Assembly (NCBI GenBank): GCA_021779665.1
Contig: JAJYAG010000013.1
Span: forward strand, 4,076-68,075
DNA: 64,000 nucleotides
Source: Bacteroidota bacterium
Lineage (GTDB): Bacteria; Bacteroidota; Bacteroidia; Bacteroidales; JAAUTT01
Reading direction: 5' to 3'
Shown in pieces: positions 54,644-64,000 of this stretch. The position numbers and the translations under genes are program-made. Position 1 is the first letter of the stretch, and every line of letters starts with the position of its first letter. The notes under the pieces were generated by a model that saw only the letters and a list, made by a program, of their open reading frames with translations, was not told the DNA's origin and searched no databases.

Positions 54644-56479
54644 TTATTCTACTGTAACCGATTTTGCAAGGTTTCTTGGCTGGTCTACATTGCAACCTCT
54701 CATAACAGCAATGTGATAAGAGAGAAGCTGAAGCGGAATTATGGAAACTAATGGCGAAACGCAAAAATCGGATTCGGGTACTTCAAGCACGTAATCTGCC
54801 ATTCCCTGAATTGTTGTATCTCCTTCGGGAACAACAGCAATTACTAATCCTTTACGAGCTTTCACCTCTTGTATGTTGCTAACGATTTTTTCGTAGGTAT
54901 GATCTTTAGAAGCAATTACCACAACAGGCATAAGCTGATCAATCAAAGCTATAGGACCATGTTTCATTTCAGCTGCCGGATAGCCTTCAGCATGTATATA
55001 GGAAATTTCCTTCAGCTTCAATGCTCCTTCCAGAGCCACAGGGAATAAAACGCCACGACCTAAATAAAGGAAGTTGGTTGCATTTTTAAATAACGAAGCA
55101 ATTTCTTTGTAACGTTCGTTATTCTGAAGCGCTTTCTCTATTTTTTCAGGGATTTGGTCTAATTCATTGATGAGTCTTGCTCCTTCTTCCTGCGAGATTG
55201 TATTTCGCGCCATTCCGATAGCAATAGCCATCATAGTAATTACTGTAACCTGAGCTGTAAACGCTTTTGTTGAGGCAACTCCAATTTCGGGACCTGCATG
55301 TGTATAAACTCCGGCATGGGTTTCCCTCGGAATGCTTGAGCCTACCACATTGCAAATGCCAAGTACCAATGCCCCGGCTTCTTTTGCCTGCTTGATGGCA
55401 GCTAAGGTATCTGCAGTTTCGCCACTCTGACTAATTGCAATTACCACGTCGTCCTTGTAAATTACAGGATGACGGTAACGAAATTCCGATGCATATTCCA
55501 CTTCTACAGGAATGCGGGCAAATTCTTCAAAGAGATATTCGCCAACCAGCCCTGCGTGCCACGAGGTGCCGCAACCAATAAATATGATCCGTTTGGCTTT
55601 CACCAACTGAGGCATTACATTGTATAAACCGCCAAGGTTGATGCTTTTTTTGTCTGCCGAAATTCTTCCTCTGAAAGTATCGAGAATGGAACGGGGCTGT
55701 TCAAAAATTTCCTTAAGCATGAAATGCTCGAAATTGTTCTTTTCAATTTCGCCAATTTCGAGGTTCAGCTTTTGAATATTAGGAGTGAGCTGATCGTTCT
55801 GAACAGTTTTGAGTGTTAACTCATTCGATTTGATGATGGCAACATCGTTATCGTTTAAATAAATAACGCTGTTGGTGTGTTCTATAATTGGAGTAGCGTC
55901 TGAGGCTACAAAATATTCTTCGTTTCCTACACCAATAACAAGCGGACTTCCTTTCCGGGCAGCAATAATTTTATCAGGTTCGCTGCTGCAGAGAATTACC
56001 AATCCATAAGCGCCTACTACCTTTGAAAGGGCAAGACGAACTGCCAGTTCAGCAGAAATATTGCCCTTCAGATAAATATATTCTATGAGATTGGCAAGAA
56101 CTTCAGTATCCGTCTGGCTTTTGAATTTATATCCGCGTTGTTCAAGTTTCTTTTTTAACGGAGCATAGTTCTCGATAATTCCATTATGGATAATAATGAA
56201 ATGGCTATTCATAGAAGTATGCGGATGTGCATTTACGTCGTTGGGTTCACCATGGGTAGCCCAGCGGGTATGTCCCATACCGATGCATCCGCTGATATCT
56301 TTACCACTAACAAAGTTTTCGAGATCGCTTACCTTACCTTTTTTTTTGAATGTTTTTGCTTCTCCATTTACAAGAGAAATGCCGGTCGAGTCGTATCCTC
56401 TGTATTCCAAACGTTTAAGGCCATTAATAAGTATCGGGTAGGCTTGTTTATGCCCGATGTAACCTACAATTCCACACAT
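54644..56479 (-). CDS. glmS: glutamine-fructose-6-phosphate aminotransferase
   Basis: 611-aa ORF. It has the N-terminal MCGIVGY (Ntn Cys), two SIS domains and a C-terminal KSVTVE. Confidence 0.9.
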   Translation of the reverse strand: MCGIVGYIGHKQAYPILINGLKRLEYRGYDSTGISLVNGEAKTFKKKGKVSDLENFVSGKDISGCIGMGHTRWATHGEPNDVNAHPHTSMNSHFIIIHNGIIENYAPLKKKLEQRGYKFKSQTDTEVLANLIEYIYLKGNISAELAVRLALSKVVGAYGLVILCSSEPDKIIAARKGSPLVIGVGNEEYFVASDATPIIEHTNSVIYLNDNDVAIIKSNELTLKTVQNDQLTPNIQKLNLEIGEIEKNNFEHFMLKEIFEQPRSILDTFRGRISADKKSINLGGLYNVMPQLVKAKRIIFIGCGTSWHAGLVGEYLFEEFARIPVEVEYASEFRYRHPVIYKDDVVIAISQSGETADTLAAIKQAKEAGALVLGICNVVGSSIPRETHAGVYTHAGPEIGVASTKAFTAQVTVITMMAIAIGMARNTISQEEGARLINELDQIPEKIEKALQNNERYKEIASLFKNATNFLYLGRGVLFPVALEGALKLKEISYIHAEGYPAAEMKHGPIALIDQLMPVVVIASKDHTYEKIVSNIQEVKARKGLVIAVVPEGDTTIQGMADYVLEVPESDFCVSPLVSIIPLQLLSYHIAVMRGCNVDQPRNLAKSVTVE

Positions 56480-56485
56480 TATATT

Positions 56486-57826
56486 TTATTGTTTTGAGTA
56501 AATAATGTAAAGCTTAGCTCCTGAAAAATTAAGTCCGACATTGCCGAAAGAATTTGTAAGACCTTCTTTGTAGTTATCTGCCAAAATCATAAGGTCGGTA
56601 TTTTCAACCTGTGTCAGACTAAATTTGCTGTTAGCAATTTTCTGGATATGCTTTGCAAGGTTAAAGATATATGCTTTTTTTGCGGAATTGTATGCGCCAT
56701 TTAGAAAAGTTTGACCAAATCCATATTCAATAAAGTCAAAATTGTTCTCCCCGGTTTTCACTGCTTTGATATAAAGTCCTTTGGGATAAATAGAATCGCT
56801 TACTGAAGCCATACTGGCAACAGGAATTACAAGCTCGGCCCTGCTTATGGAAACGGGAGCAAGATCTTTCCATTTTGCAAGATCAGGAATGCTGATCCGT
56901 GTGCCAAGGCCGCTTAATCCTTGTACATAAGTAATTTTTTGACTAAGGTCAGGATTTTGCAGAGCAGCAGCTACAGGGGTATTGGTATAATTGTGCGAGA
57001 AATTATTTACTCTTGTATCAACAAAATATTGGTATTTTAGAGAATCGGTGGTGGAATTCTGATAGTATAGTGTTAATCGAGTCTCATGACGGGGAACGGT
57101 TCTGGAAGAATGTCGCCAAGGGTCAAACAGCATGTATAAGCCTGGAGATGCACTTTTAACTTCAATGTAAAGTCCTTTAAAGCTTTGTTGAAAGGAAAGC
57201 ATTCCTTCAGCATCATTTTTTGCTGATGCTGGTATTTGAACAATTCTGTTTGCAAGATCCTGATCCAGTTTTATTTTAACTGTATCGTTAAACTTCATTG
57301 TTTTGGAGGCAACAAGATTACCTTTATATTCAACTTCAGATAAATTAGAATTATAAAAAGATCTGAAAGAAACACCTTTCTTTAATTCATATATACTGAA
57401 TTCAACGTCGGCCGATTTGTTTCCGAAGAGAGAATCGAGCTTGAGTTGAAGGGATAAAGAATCGGCTTTGCGACCATCGCCGAAAGAATATGTGGCACTG
57501 TCAGGATAAAAGTTTAAGATCATGGAAGCCTTGGTATAACCAAATTCCGGATTGGTATAATCGCCTAAAATATAAATAGGGCGTGGAGGATAAGGACGTT
57601 CTAAAGAAGCCGTGTCTGGCGAATATGACAATACCGACTCAAAATTTACTGTTGTTGCCAGAATTGTCGCGGACGAATCGAGTTTAATCAAAAGGTTATC
57701 CTGACCTGGAAGTATATCTTTACCTAAACTGTCGGCTTCTTTTTCGCACGATGCAAAAAGAACTATAAGCAGAATAACCGAACTGAGAGATATAAGCTGA
57801 TTTAGTTGGCTTTTAAATTTAATCAT
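56486..57826 (-). CDS. DUF4270-like lipoprotein
   Basis: The likely start is MIKFKSQLNQ... (ATG at 57826), with lipobox LFASC. The track ORF extends to 57967, inside the upstream gene. Confidence 0.6.
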   Translation of the reverse strand: MIKFKSQLNQLISLSSVILLIVLFASCEKEADSLGKDILPGQDNLLIKLDSSATILATTVNFESVLSYSPDTASLERPYPPRPIYILGDYTNPEFGYTKASMILNFYPDSATYSFGDGRKADSLSLQLKLDSLFGNKSADVEFSIYELKKGVSFRSFYNSNLSEVEYKGNLVASKTMKFNDTVKIKLDQDLANRIVQIPASAKNDAEGMLSFQQSFKGLYIEVKSASPGLYMLFDPWRHSSRTVPRHETRLTLYYQNSTTDSLKYQYFVDTRVNNFSHNYTNTPVAAALQNPDLSQKITYVQGLSGLGTRISIPDLAKWKDLAPVSISRAELVIPVASMASVSDSIYPKGLYIKAVKTGENNFDFIEYGFGQTFLNGAYNSAKKAYIFNLAKHIQKIANSKFSLTQVENTDLMILADNYKEGLTNSFGNVGLNFSGAKLYIIYSKQ

Positions 57827-58643
57827 TGCGTTGTGGAAGTATTTTGTCATATAGTAACGAATAATCTTGTGTAAAATTATTGCCGGCTTCACTATTATGC
57901 CGGATATAGGGTTTACTGCTTGTTTCGATATGTTTAACAAGGTCGGGATTAACCCTGTCGTTAACAATCACAGCACCATCGGAGTAATTGATTCCAAGCT
58001 TCATTAAACTTAAGTAATCGGGAGTGTCAAGTATCGAAACGTCTTTTTTCGATACGCCTTCCATAATTACTTTTTGTTTGAAATTCTTATTCAGAGGAGC
58101 AGTGAATTCATCGTCGTATGCGGAGAGAACCATTTTAGAATGGGCAAAGAGGGGATCATCCCTGAAACTCTTTTTGATATAGAGGGGCAGCAGCGCTGTA
58201 AACCATCCGTGGCAATGAATGACATCCGGACTCCACCGAAGTTTGCGAACGGTTTCTATTACGCCCCTGCAGAAAAATATAGCTCTTTCATCATTATCGG
58301 CAAAAGTTTCGCCATTTTCATCCGTAAGCGTATGCTTCCGCGAGAAATAATCTTCATTGTCGATGAAATAAACCTGCATTCTGGCCGACTGTATCGAAGC
58401 CACCTTGATGATAAGCGGGTGGTCGGTATCATTAATAATAAGGTTCATTCCTGAAAGCCTGATCACTTCGTGCAACTGGTTCCGACGTTCATTTATGCAC
58501 CCAAACCGGGGCATAAAAGTCCTGATTTCTTTACCTTGCTCCTGAATTGCTTGTGGAAGTGTCCGACAAATCAATGACATCTCAGTTTCCGGCAGATAGG
58601 GAGTGATTTCCTGGGAAACAAACAATACCTTGATGCTTTCCAT
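57819..58643 (-). CDS. short glycogen-synthase-like (GT5 N-terminal half) protein
   Basis: 274-aa ORF. The stretches VLFVSQEITPY...HCHGWFTAL resemble the N-terminal Rossmann half of GlgA. There is no C-terminal half. Confidence 0.65.
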   Translation of the reverse strand: MESIKVLFVSQEITPYLPETEMSLICRTLPQAIQEQGKEIRTFMPRFGCINERRNQLHEVIRLSGMNLIINDTDHPLIIKVASIQSARMQVYFIDNEDYFSRKHTLTDENGETFADNDERAIFFCRGVIETVRKLRWSPDVIHCHGWFTALLPLYIKKSFRDDPLFAHSKMVLSAYDDEFTAPLNKNFKQKVIMEGVSKKDVSILDTPDYLSLMKLGINYSDGAVIVNDRVNPDLVKHIETSSKPYIRHNSEAGNNFTQDYSLLYDKILPQRND

Positions 58644-58756
58644 TAATTTTCGTAATTTTCATTTAGATTGCAAAATTAGCAAAAATTATTGAAGTTCTAA
58701 ATTTTAGCTAAATTCAACAATATTTCTGCTATACAACAATCGTTCCATGTAACCCG

Positions 58757-58764
58757 TACTTTTG
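58757..58764 (+). promoter_or_regulatory. Bacteroidota -7 promoter motif (TACTTTTG) upstream of panC
   Basis: Matches TAnnTTTG and lies 39 nt upstream of the ATG at 58803. Confidence 0.35.
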
Positions 58765-58802
58765 TTTGATTTGTAGTTTTGTCATTTTTTATCGAATTCA
58801 CT

Positions 58803-59648
58803 ATGAAAGTATTTGAAACAGCTTCTGGTCTTAATCAGGCTATTAACGAAATAAAAGCGAAGTCTCCCCGAATTGGATTTGTTCCCACTATGGGCGCATT
58901 GCATCCCGGACATATTTCGCTGGTTAAGCGTTCAGTTTCCGAAAATGACATAACTGTAGTTAGTATCTTTGTTAACCCCACTCAGTTTAATGATAAGAAC
59001 GACCTGGCAAATTATCCCCGCATGCTGGACAAGGATTTGAATCTTCTGGAAGAAAATGGTTGTGATTTTGTGTTTGCTCCAACGGAAAAGGAGATGTATC
59101 CGGAAGCCGACACCCGTCAGTTTGCATTTGGCTCTATTGAAGAAGTAATGGAAGGAAAACACAGGCCTGGCCATTTCAACGGAGTAGGCCAGGTTGTAAG
59201 CAAACTGTTTGAGATAGTTCCTGCTCAAAAAGCTTATTTTGGCGAAAAGGATTTTCAGCAGGTGGCTATTATCCGCAAGTTGGTTGATATGTTGCAAATT
59301 CCTGTCGGGATTATTTCTTGTCCCATTTTCAGAGAAACCGACGGCCTTGCTATGAGCTCGAGAAATATGCTGCTGGATGAGGCCCAGCGAAAAAATGCTC
59401 CTTTTATTTATCAGACATTAAAAGAAAGTCTTTCTAAAACTGGTTCCATGAGTGTTGAACAGCTTAAGCTATGGGTCGTAAATACAATAAATACGAATCC
59501 GTATCTCGAAACCGAATATTTTGATATTGTGGACGAACTCAGCCTTCAGAGTATTGGTACCTGGGATCATAAGGGCGGAAAAGTTGGATGCATTGCCGTA
59601 CGGGTTGGGAAAATTCGGTTAATAGACAATATCAGATATAATTTATAA
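58803..59648 (+). CDS. panC: pantoate-beta-alanine ligase
   Basis: The PTMGALHPGH motif is present. The track ORF starts at TTG 58779, and the first ATG is at 58803. Confidence 0.9.
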   Translation: MKVFETASGLNQAINEIKAKSPRIGFVPTMGALHPGHISLVKRSVSENDITVVSIFVNPTQFNDKNDLANYPRMLDKDLNLLEENGCDFVFAPTEKEMYPEADTRQFAFGSIEEVMEGKHRPGHFNGVGQVVSKLFEIVPAQKAYFGEKDFQQVAIIRKLVDMLQIPVGIISCPIFRETDGLAMSSRNMLLDEAQRKNAPFIYQTLKESLSKTGSMSVEQLKLWVVNTINTNPYLETEYFDIVDELSLQSIGTWDHKGGKVGCIAVRVGKIRLIDNIRYNL

Positions 59649-59683
59649 CTTTGTTTTCCTAAATACTCTTATTTTTAAATGTC

Positions 59684-60034
59684 ATGCATATCGAAATACT
59701 CAAATCGAAAATACACAGGGTAACAGTAACCGAGGCGAACCTGAATTATGTAGGAAGTATTACTATTGACGAAGATTTGACTGATGCAGCTAACCTGATT
59801 GAAAACGAAAAGGTGCAGGTTGTAAATATTAATAACGGCGAACGTTTGGAAACTTACGTGATAAAAGGCGAACGCGGATCCGGGGTTATTTGCCTTAATG
59901 GTCCTGCTGCCCGTAAAGTTGCAGTGGGCGATGTTGTGATTATCATGTCGTATGCTTCCATGGATTTTGAGGAAGCTAAGAAATTTATTCCTAAAGTTAT
60001 TTTACCCGATACTTCTACCAATAAATTAGTTTAG
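59684..60034 (+). CDS. panD: aspartate 1-decarboxylase
   Basis: 116-aa ORF reading [23 protein letters not shown], with the Gly-Ser self-cleavage site. Confidence 0.9.
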   Translation: MHIEILKSKIHRVTVTEANLNYVGSITIDEDLTDAANLIENEKVQVVNINNGERLETYVIKGERGSGVICLNGPAARKVAVGDVVIIMSYASMDFEEAKKFIPKVILPDTSTNKLV

Positions 60035-60036
60035 CC

Positions 60037-61062
60037 TTGAAACGATTACTCATAAGGATATTGCAGTTTACCATATTTCTTGCCTTAACAGTTTTTTTGA
60101 TGTATTTGGTAATGAAAGGTATTGATTTTAAGCGAATCGTTGCCGACCTAAAAACTGCAAACTATTTCTGGGTAATTCTAGGGGTAACCTTTGGATTAAT
60201 TGCTTTTGTTGCCAGAGCCTACCGGTGGAATCTTCTTATTGAACCTCTGGGTTATCGGCCTTCAGTAAAAAACAGTTATCATGCAGTTGCAATAGGATAT
60301 ATTGCAAACATGGCCTTACCCAGGTTAGGTGAGTTTTCTAAATGTGTTTCTCTTAACCGCACAAACAGAATTCCTGTTGATAGCCTTGTCGGAACAATTC
60401 TTATTGAGCGGGCTATTGATATGGTAACGCTTTTCTTTTTACTGATTATAATTTTTGTCTGGAAGTTTGAGTCGTTCGGTAAATTTATTTCGGATAAGAT
60501 TTTTCTGCCACTTTATCAGAAGCTTAGTTCACTTGTGTTTCAATCGACCGATGTGTTGATTATTGGTGTTGTTTCTTTAATCGTTCTGGTGGTTTTAGGC
60601 TATATTTTCCGCAAGCAGCTTGCCAAAATTCATCTGCTCCGAAAAATTAAGAAAATTGTTGTCGGGATTTTGGGAGGTTTGAAAACTGTATACAAAATGC
60701 AAAAAAGATGGCAGTTTTTTGTTTCTACGGTTGTCATCTGGCTTTGCTACTTTTTCATGACTTACCTTATTTTTTTCACGATACCCGAAACTTCTCATCT
60801 GACACCCATCGATGGTCTCTTTATTTTGATTATCGGCTCTTTTGGTATGGTTATCCCGGTTCAGGGCGGATTTGGTGCCTTTCACGGAATGGTGATTCTG
60901 GGATTGTCTCTGTACGACATCTCTGTTGATAAGGCTTTCGTTTACGCAGTCTTATCGCACGAGTCGCAAACACTCATGGTAATAATTGCAGGGGCTATTT
61001 CACTCATTAAAGTGTTTTCTGCTCCTCCTTCAAAAGCTAAAATTATAACTGCAAAAACTTAG
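60037..61062 (+). CDS. flippase-like / lysyl-PG-synthase TM-domain (UPF0104) membrane protein
   Basis: 341-aa polytopic ORF with a TTG start. ARAYRWNLLI and LPRLGEFSKC are typical of UPF0104. Confidence 0.6.
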   Translation: MKRLLIRILQFTIFLALTVFLMYLVMKGIDFKRIVADLKTANYFWVILGVTFGLIAFVARAYRWNLLIEPLGYRPSVKNSYHAVAIGYIANMALPRLGEFSKCVSLNRTNRIPVDSLVGTILIERAIDMVTLFFLLIIIFVWKFESFGKFISDKIFLPLYQKLSSLVFQSTDVLIIGVVSLIVLVVLGYIFRKQLAKIHLLRKIKKIVVGILGGLKTVYKMQKRWQFFVSTVVIWLCYFFMTYLIFFTIPETSHLTPIDGLFILIIGSFGMVIPVQGGFGAFHGMVILGLSLYDISVDKAFVYAVLSHESQTLMVIIAGAISLIKVFSAPPSKAKIITAKT

Positions 61063-61066
61063 ATAT

Positions 61067-61558
61067 ATGGATTACTTTACCCTTCTTCAGTCGAAAATAG
61101 TTTATGATTACCAGGAATTGGCAAACGACCTTGCTTACTGGAAATTTAAAGAACGGAAAGTTGTCTTTACCAACGGGTGCTTCGATATTTTACATCGCGG
61201 ACATGTGGAATATCTCGCAAAAGCAGCATCATTGGCCGACGTTATGGTTGTAGGCCTGAATACCGATAGCTCGGTTAAACGGTTAAAAGGCTCGAACCGA
61301 CCAGTTCAGGATGAGACCTCGCGGGCTCATATACTTGCATCTCTGTCGTGCGTGTCCAAAGTAGTTTTGTTTGATGAGGATACTCCTTATGAATTGATTA
61401 AATATATTCAGCCGGATGTGCTTGTAAAAGGCAGCGATTACAAAGCTGAAAATATTGTTGGTTATGATATTGTTACCGCAAAAGGTGGTGAAGTTATGAC
61501 AATAGATATTGTTGATGGGTACTCTACAACAGCTATTGTCCGTAAGCTTATATCCTGA
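61067..61558 (+). CDS. RfaE-domain-II-like cytidylyl/adenylyltransferase
   Basis: 163-aa ORF with the TNGCFDILHRGHVEYL nucleotidyltransferase motif. Confidence 0.7.
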   Translation: MDYFTLLQSKIVYDYQELANDLAYWKFKERKVVFTNGCFDILHRGHVEYLAKAASLADVMVVGLNTDSSVKRLKGSNRPVQDETSRAHILASLSCVSKVVLFDEDTPYELIKYIQPDVLVKGSDYKAENIVGYDIVTAKGGEVMTIDIVDGYSTTAIVRKLIS

Positions 61559-61564
61559 AAATAA

Positions 61565-62929
61565 ATGGCAAAAGCCCGGACTGTTTTTATATGCCAGAAT
61601 TGCGGAGCCGAATCGTCTAAATGGCTTGGGAAATGTTCATCGTGCAACCAATGGAATACCTTTGTTGAGGAAGTTGTAAAAAAGGAGCCGGCTACACGTG
61701 GTGCTTCCGTTTCGTCGGTTTTGTCTTCCCGTCCTTTAAAACTTGACGAGATCACCTACACCAAAGGCGAGAGAATTGATACATTCTATGAAGAGTTTAA
61801 CCGCGTATTAGGCGGTGGTTTTGTAAAGGGATCACTGGTTTTGGTTGGCGGTGAGCCGGGGATAGGTAAATCCACACTTGCTTTGCAAACGGCTCTGTCT
61901 ATCAGAAATTATAAAACCTTATATGCCTCGGGCGAAGAAAGCCTTCAGCAGATTAAGCTTAGGGCCGATCGTCTTGAACTTCAGAGCGAAGATTGCTTTT
62001 TTATGAATGAGACCTCGCTCGAAACCATTTTGAATGAGTGTGAGTCCACAAAGCCCGATCTTTTAATTGTTGATTCTATTCAGACCATTTCTTCTGAAGT
62101 GATTGAAGCTTCGGTCGGATCGGTTTCCCAGGTAAGGGAATGTGCCTCGGCATTGCTAAGGTATGCCAAAAGAAGTCAAACAACCATTGTTTTAATTGGA
62201 CATATCAATAAGGAAGGAAATCTCGCCGGACCCAAAACACTCGAACATATTGTAGATGTTGTATTGCAGTTTGAAGGAGATAATAATCATTCTTACCGGA
62301 TGCTCCGCTCGTTGAAGAACCGTTTTGGTTCAACTTCCGAGATTGGTATTTTCGAGATGCAAAGCACCGGATTGGTTCAGATTGCAAACCCTTCCGATAT
62401 CTTAATTTCTCCCAATGATGAAAAACTTTCCGGCATTAGTATTGGGGTTACTATGGATGGTGTTCGCCCATTTCTGATAGAAGTGCAGGCGCTTGTGAGT
62501 ACAGCTGCTTATGGAACTCCTCAGCGTTCGGCCACCGGGTTCGATACGCGACGTTTGAATATGCTACTGGCGGTTCTGGAAAAAAGGGCTGGGTTTCATC
62601 TTATTTCAAAAGATGTGTTTCTCAATATTACCGGAGGTATTCGAATTGACGATCCTGCTATCGATATGGCTGTTGTCTCAGCTATTCTTTCATCCAACTT
62701 CGACAGGTATATCAATCATAAATATTGTGTTTGCGGTGAAGTTGGTCTTTCGGGCGAAATTCGTCCCGTGAGCCGGGTTGAGCAACGTATCCGTGAAGCC
62801 GAAAAACTAGGATTTCAAACCATCTTCATTTCTAAGTCAGGTCTAAAAAATTTTGATCCTTCGCGGTACCAGATTGAAGTTTTTCCCGTTGGAAAAATAG
62901 AACATCTGGTTAAAGCAATTTTTCATTAA
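61565..62929 (+). CDS. radA: DNA repair protein RadA
   Basis: 454-aa ORF. It has the N-terminal zinc finger CQNCG...CSSC, Walker A GEPGIGKST, and KNRFG followed by a Lon-like C-terminus. Confidence 0.9.
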   Translation: MAKARTVFICQNCGAESSKWLGKCSSCNQWNTFVEEVVKKEPATRGASVSSVLSSRPLKLDEITYTKGERIDTFYEEFNRVLGGGFVKGSLVLVGGEPGIGKSTLALQTALSIRNYKTLYASGEESLQQIKLRADRLELQSEDCFFMNETSLETILNECESTKPDLLIVDSIQTISSEVIEASVGSVSQVRECASALLRYAKRSQTTIVLIGHINKEGNLAGPKTLEHIVDVVLQFEGDNNHSYRMLRSLKNRFGSTSEIGIFEMQSTGLVQIANPSDILISPNDEKLSGISIGVTMDGVRPFLIEVQALVSTAAYGTPQRSATGFDTRRLNMLLAVLEKRAGFHLISKDVFLNITGGIRIDDPAIDMAVVSAILSSNFDRYINHKYCVCGEVGLSGEIRPVSRVEQRIREAEKLGFQTIFISKSGLKNFDPSRYQIEVFPVGKIEHLVKAIFH

Positions 62930-62930
62930 T

Positions 62931-64000
62931 ATGTCGCAAAACTCTCCTGTTTTACTTGATATCCGAAATCTCAGCATAAGTGTTGCAGATGATAATAAAA
63001 GGGTGCTTTGCAATCATGTGAGTTTTTCTGTTCAGCAAAACAAAGTTGTTGGTGTTGTTGGTGAGTCGGGATCGGGGAAAACTCTCACTGTTCTTTCTGT
63101 TTTAGGGTTACTGCATCCGGGTTTGAAGATTAATGGTGGCGAGATAGTTTTCCATACGGAAAAGGGAGAATTAATGCTTCATACCCTTTCTGTTGAAGAG
63201 ATGCAAAGTGTTCGTGGTGCACGGATTGGCATGATATTTCAGGAACCAATGACTTCTCTTAATCCATCGATGACCTGCGGAAAGCAGGTGATGGAAGCTA
63301 TACTTACGCACGAAAAAGTTTCGGAAGAAGATGCTATTCATCGTGTTATCGGGTTGTTTGAAAAAGTAAAATTACCAAATCCTGACAGTGTTTTTAAAAG
63401 CTTTCCCCATCAGCTTTCCGGGGGCCAACGCCAGCGGGTGATGATTGCCATGGCCGTAAGCTGTAACCCTCAACTCCTTATCGCCGATGAACCAACTACA
63501 GCGTTGGATGTTACCGTACAGAAATCAATTTTTGCTCTTCTTAAGGAGTTGCAGCAGGATTATAAAATGTCCATAATTTTCATTTCTCACGATTTGGGCA
63601 TTATTTCAGAGTTAGCAGATGAAGTAGTTGTTATGTATCAGGGAAATGTTGTTGAAAGCGGGCCGACTGAAAAAATTCTGAAGTCGCCCGAACATACTTA
63701 TACAAAGGCACTGCTTGCTTGTCGCCCATCACAGTACCATAAAGGGAAGCGATTAATTTCAATTCACGATAATACTCAACCGCAGGATGAGATGATTACC
63801 GGCAGTACATCTGAAAAAGAAGAGGTATTGCTTGAGGTTAAAGATCTTTCGGTTTATTTTTCTCAGCAGGGTAAAAGTAATTTTCTAAGCAAAAAGAAAA
63901 GTCAGGCTCTGCATAGTCTTTCTTTCAATGTCTATAAAGGCGAAACACTTGGCCTGGTGGGTGAATCAGGGTCCGGGAAAACAACATTGAGCCGGGCTAT
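62931..64000 (+). CDS. ABC transporter ATP-binding protein with duplicated ATPase domains (3' end outside window)
   Basis: It is not in the track because no stop falls in the window. The frame from ATG 62931 reads MSQNSPVLLDIRNLS...GESGSGKT...LSGGQRQRVMIA. A second Walker A (GESGSGKTT) begins near 63960. Confidence 0.8.
   Translation, partial: MSQNSPVLLDIRNLSISVADDNKRVLCNHVSFSVQQNKVVGVVGESGSGKTLTVLSVLGLLHPGLKINGGEIVFHTEKGELMLHTLSVEEMQSVRGARIGMIFQEPMTSLNPSMTCGKQVMEAILTHEKVSEEDAIHRVIGLFEKVKLPNPDSVFKSFPHQLSGGQRQRVMIAMAVSCNPQLLIADEPTTALDVTVQKSIFALLKELQQDYKMSIIFISHDLGIISELADEVVVMYQGNVVESGPTEKILKSPEHTYTKALLACRPSQYHKGKRLISIHDNTQPQDEMITGSTSEKEEVLLEVKDLSVYFSQQGKSNFLSKKKSQALHSLSFNVYKGETLGLVGESGSGKTTLSRA

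Noticed and set aside
54567-54764. 65-aa minus-strand ORF overlapping the terminator and the 3' end of glmS
   Set aside because: It is an alternative frame of the glmS 3' end running into the terminator hairpin. glmS itself ends with the canonical KSVTVE.
57827-57967. N-terminal extension of the DUF4270 ORF overlapping the glgA-like gene by 149 nt
   Set aside because: The internal Met at 57826 is followed by a canonical lipoprotein signal (LFASC) and gives a compact ATGATTAA junction. The upstream extension has no signal-peptide character.
1-64000. Search for CRISPR arrays, rRNA genes, transposase/IS elements, reverse transcriptases and toxin-antitoxin pairs
   Set aside because: No regularly spaced 25-40-bp direct repeats, no rRNA-like sequence, no DDE or serine-recombinase-like ORFs and no RT motifs were seen on either strand. 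The only recombinase is the tyrosine integrase at 4064-5425.

Overview
The window looks like a Bacteroidota (Bacteroidales-like) chromosomal segment. This assignment rests on an 11-subunit nuo operon lacking nuoEFG, TAnnTTTG promoter motifs, an S46 dipeptidyl-peptidase, a GT3 glycogen synthase, and the DUF4270/short-glgA/panC neighbourhood. An ExbB-ExbD-TonB-TPR-PstS-like cluster points the same way. Most of the 64 kb is ordinary housekeeping. Recognisable genes include glnS plus tRNA-Gln, glpD-glpK-glpF, nuoA-N, dcp, rnhB, glmS, panCD, radA and several peptidases and glycan enzymes. The one clear accessory region is a ~6.5-kb element at 3873-10382. It is bounded by a 17-bp direct repeat that duplicates the 3' end of tRNA-Cys(GCA). 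It carries a tyrosine integrase, an ORFan coupled to the integrase, an AlpA/excisionase-like HTH protein and a winged-helix protein. It also carries a Rep_trans/gene-II-like initiator with iteron-like repeats inside its own gene, a chain of tiny overlapping genes (three are paralogs), and one oppositely oriented secreted protein. I could not recognise any capsid, tail, lysis, MOB-relaxase or conjugation genes in it. I therefore flag it as a candidate minimalist phage satellite or integrative mobilisable element, and it is the best candidate for an undescribed system. Four further observations are worth a second look. First, a dispersed family of CCTAA/TTAGG heptamer-octamer repeats sits in several leaders and intergenic regions. 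Second, a ~120-nt three-tier palindrome lies between folB and a CWC gene. Third, three sigma-54-like boxes (TGGCACA-N4-TTGA) sit upstream of three transcription units. Fourth, the exbD-tonB module is tandemly amplified, giving three tonB and three exbD copies, with duplicated terminator hairpins. All functional calls come from motif recognition by eye. No database search or folding computation was run.
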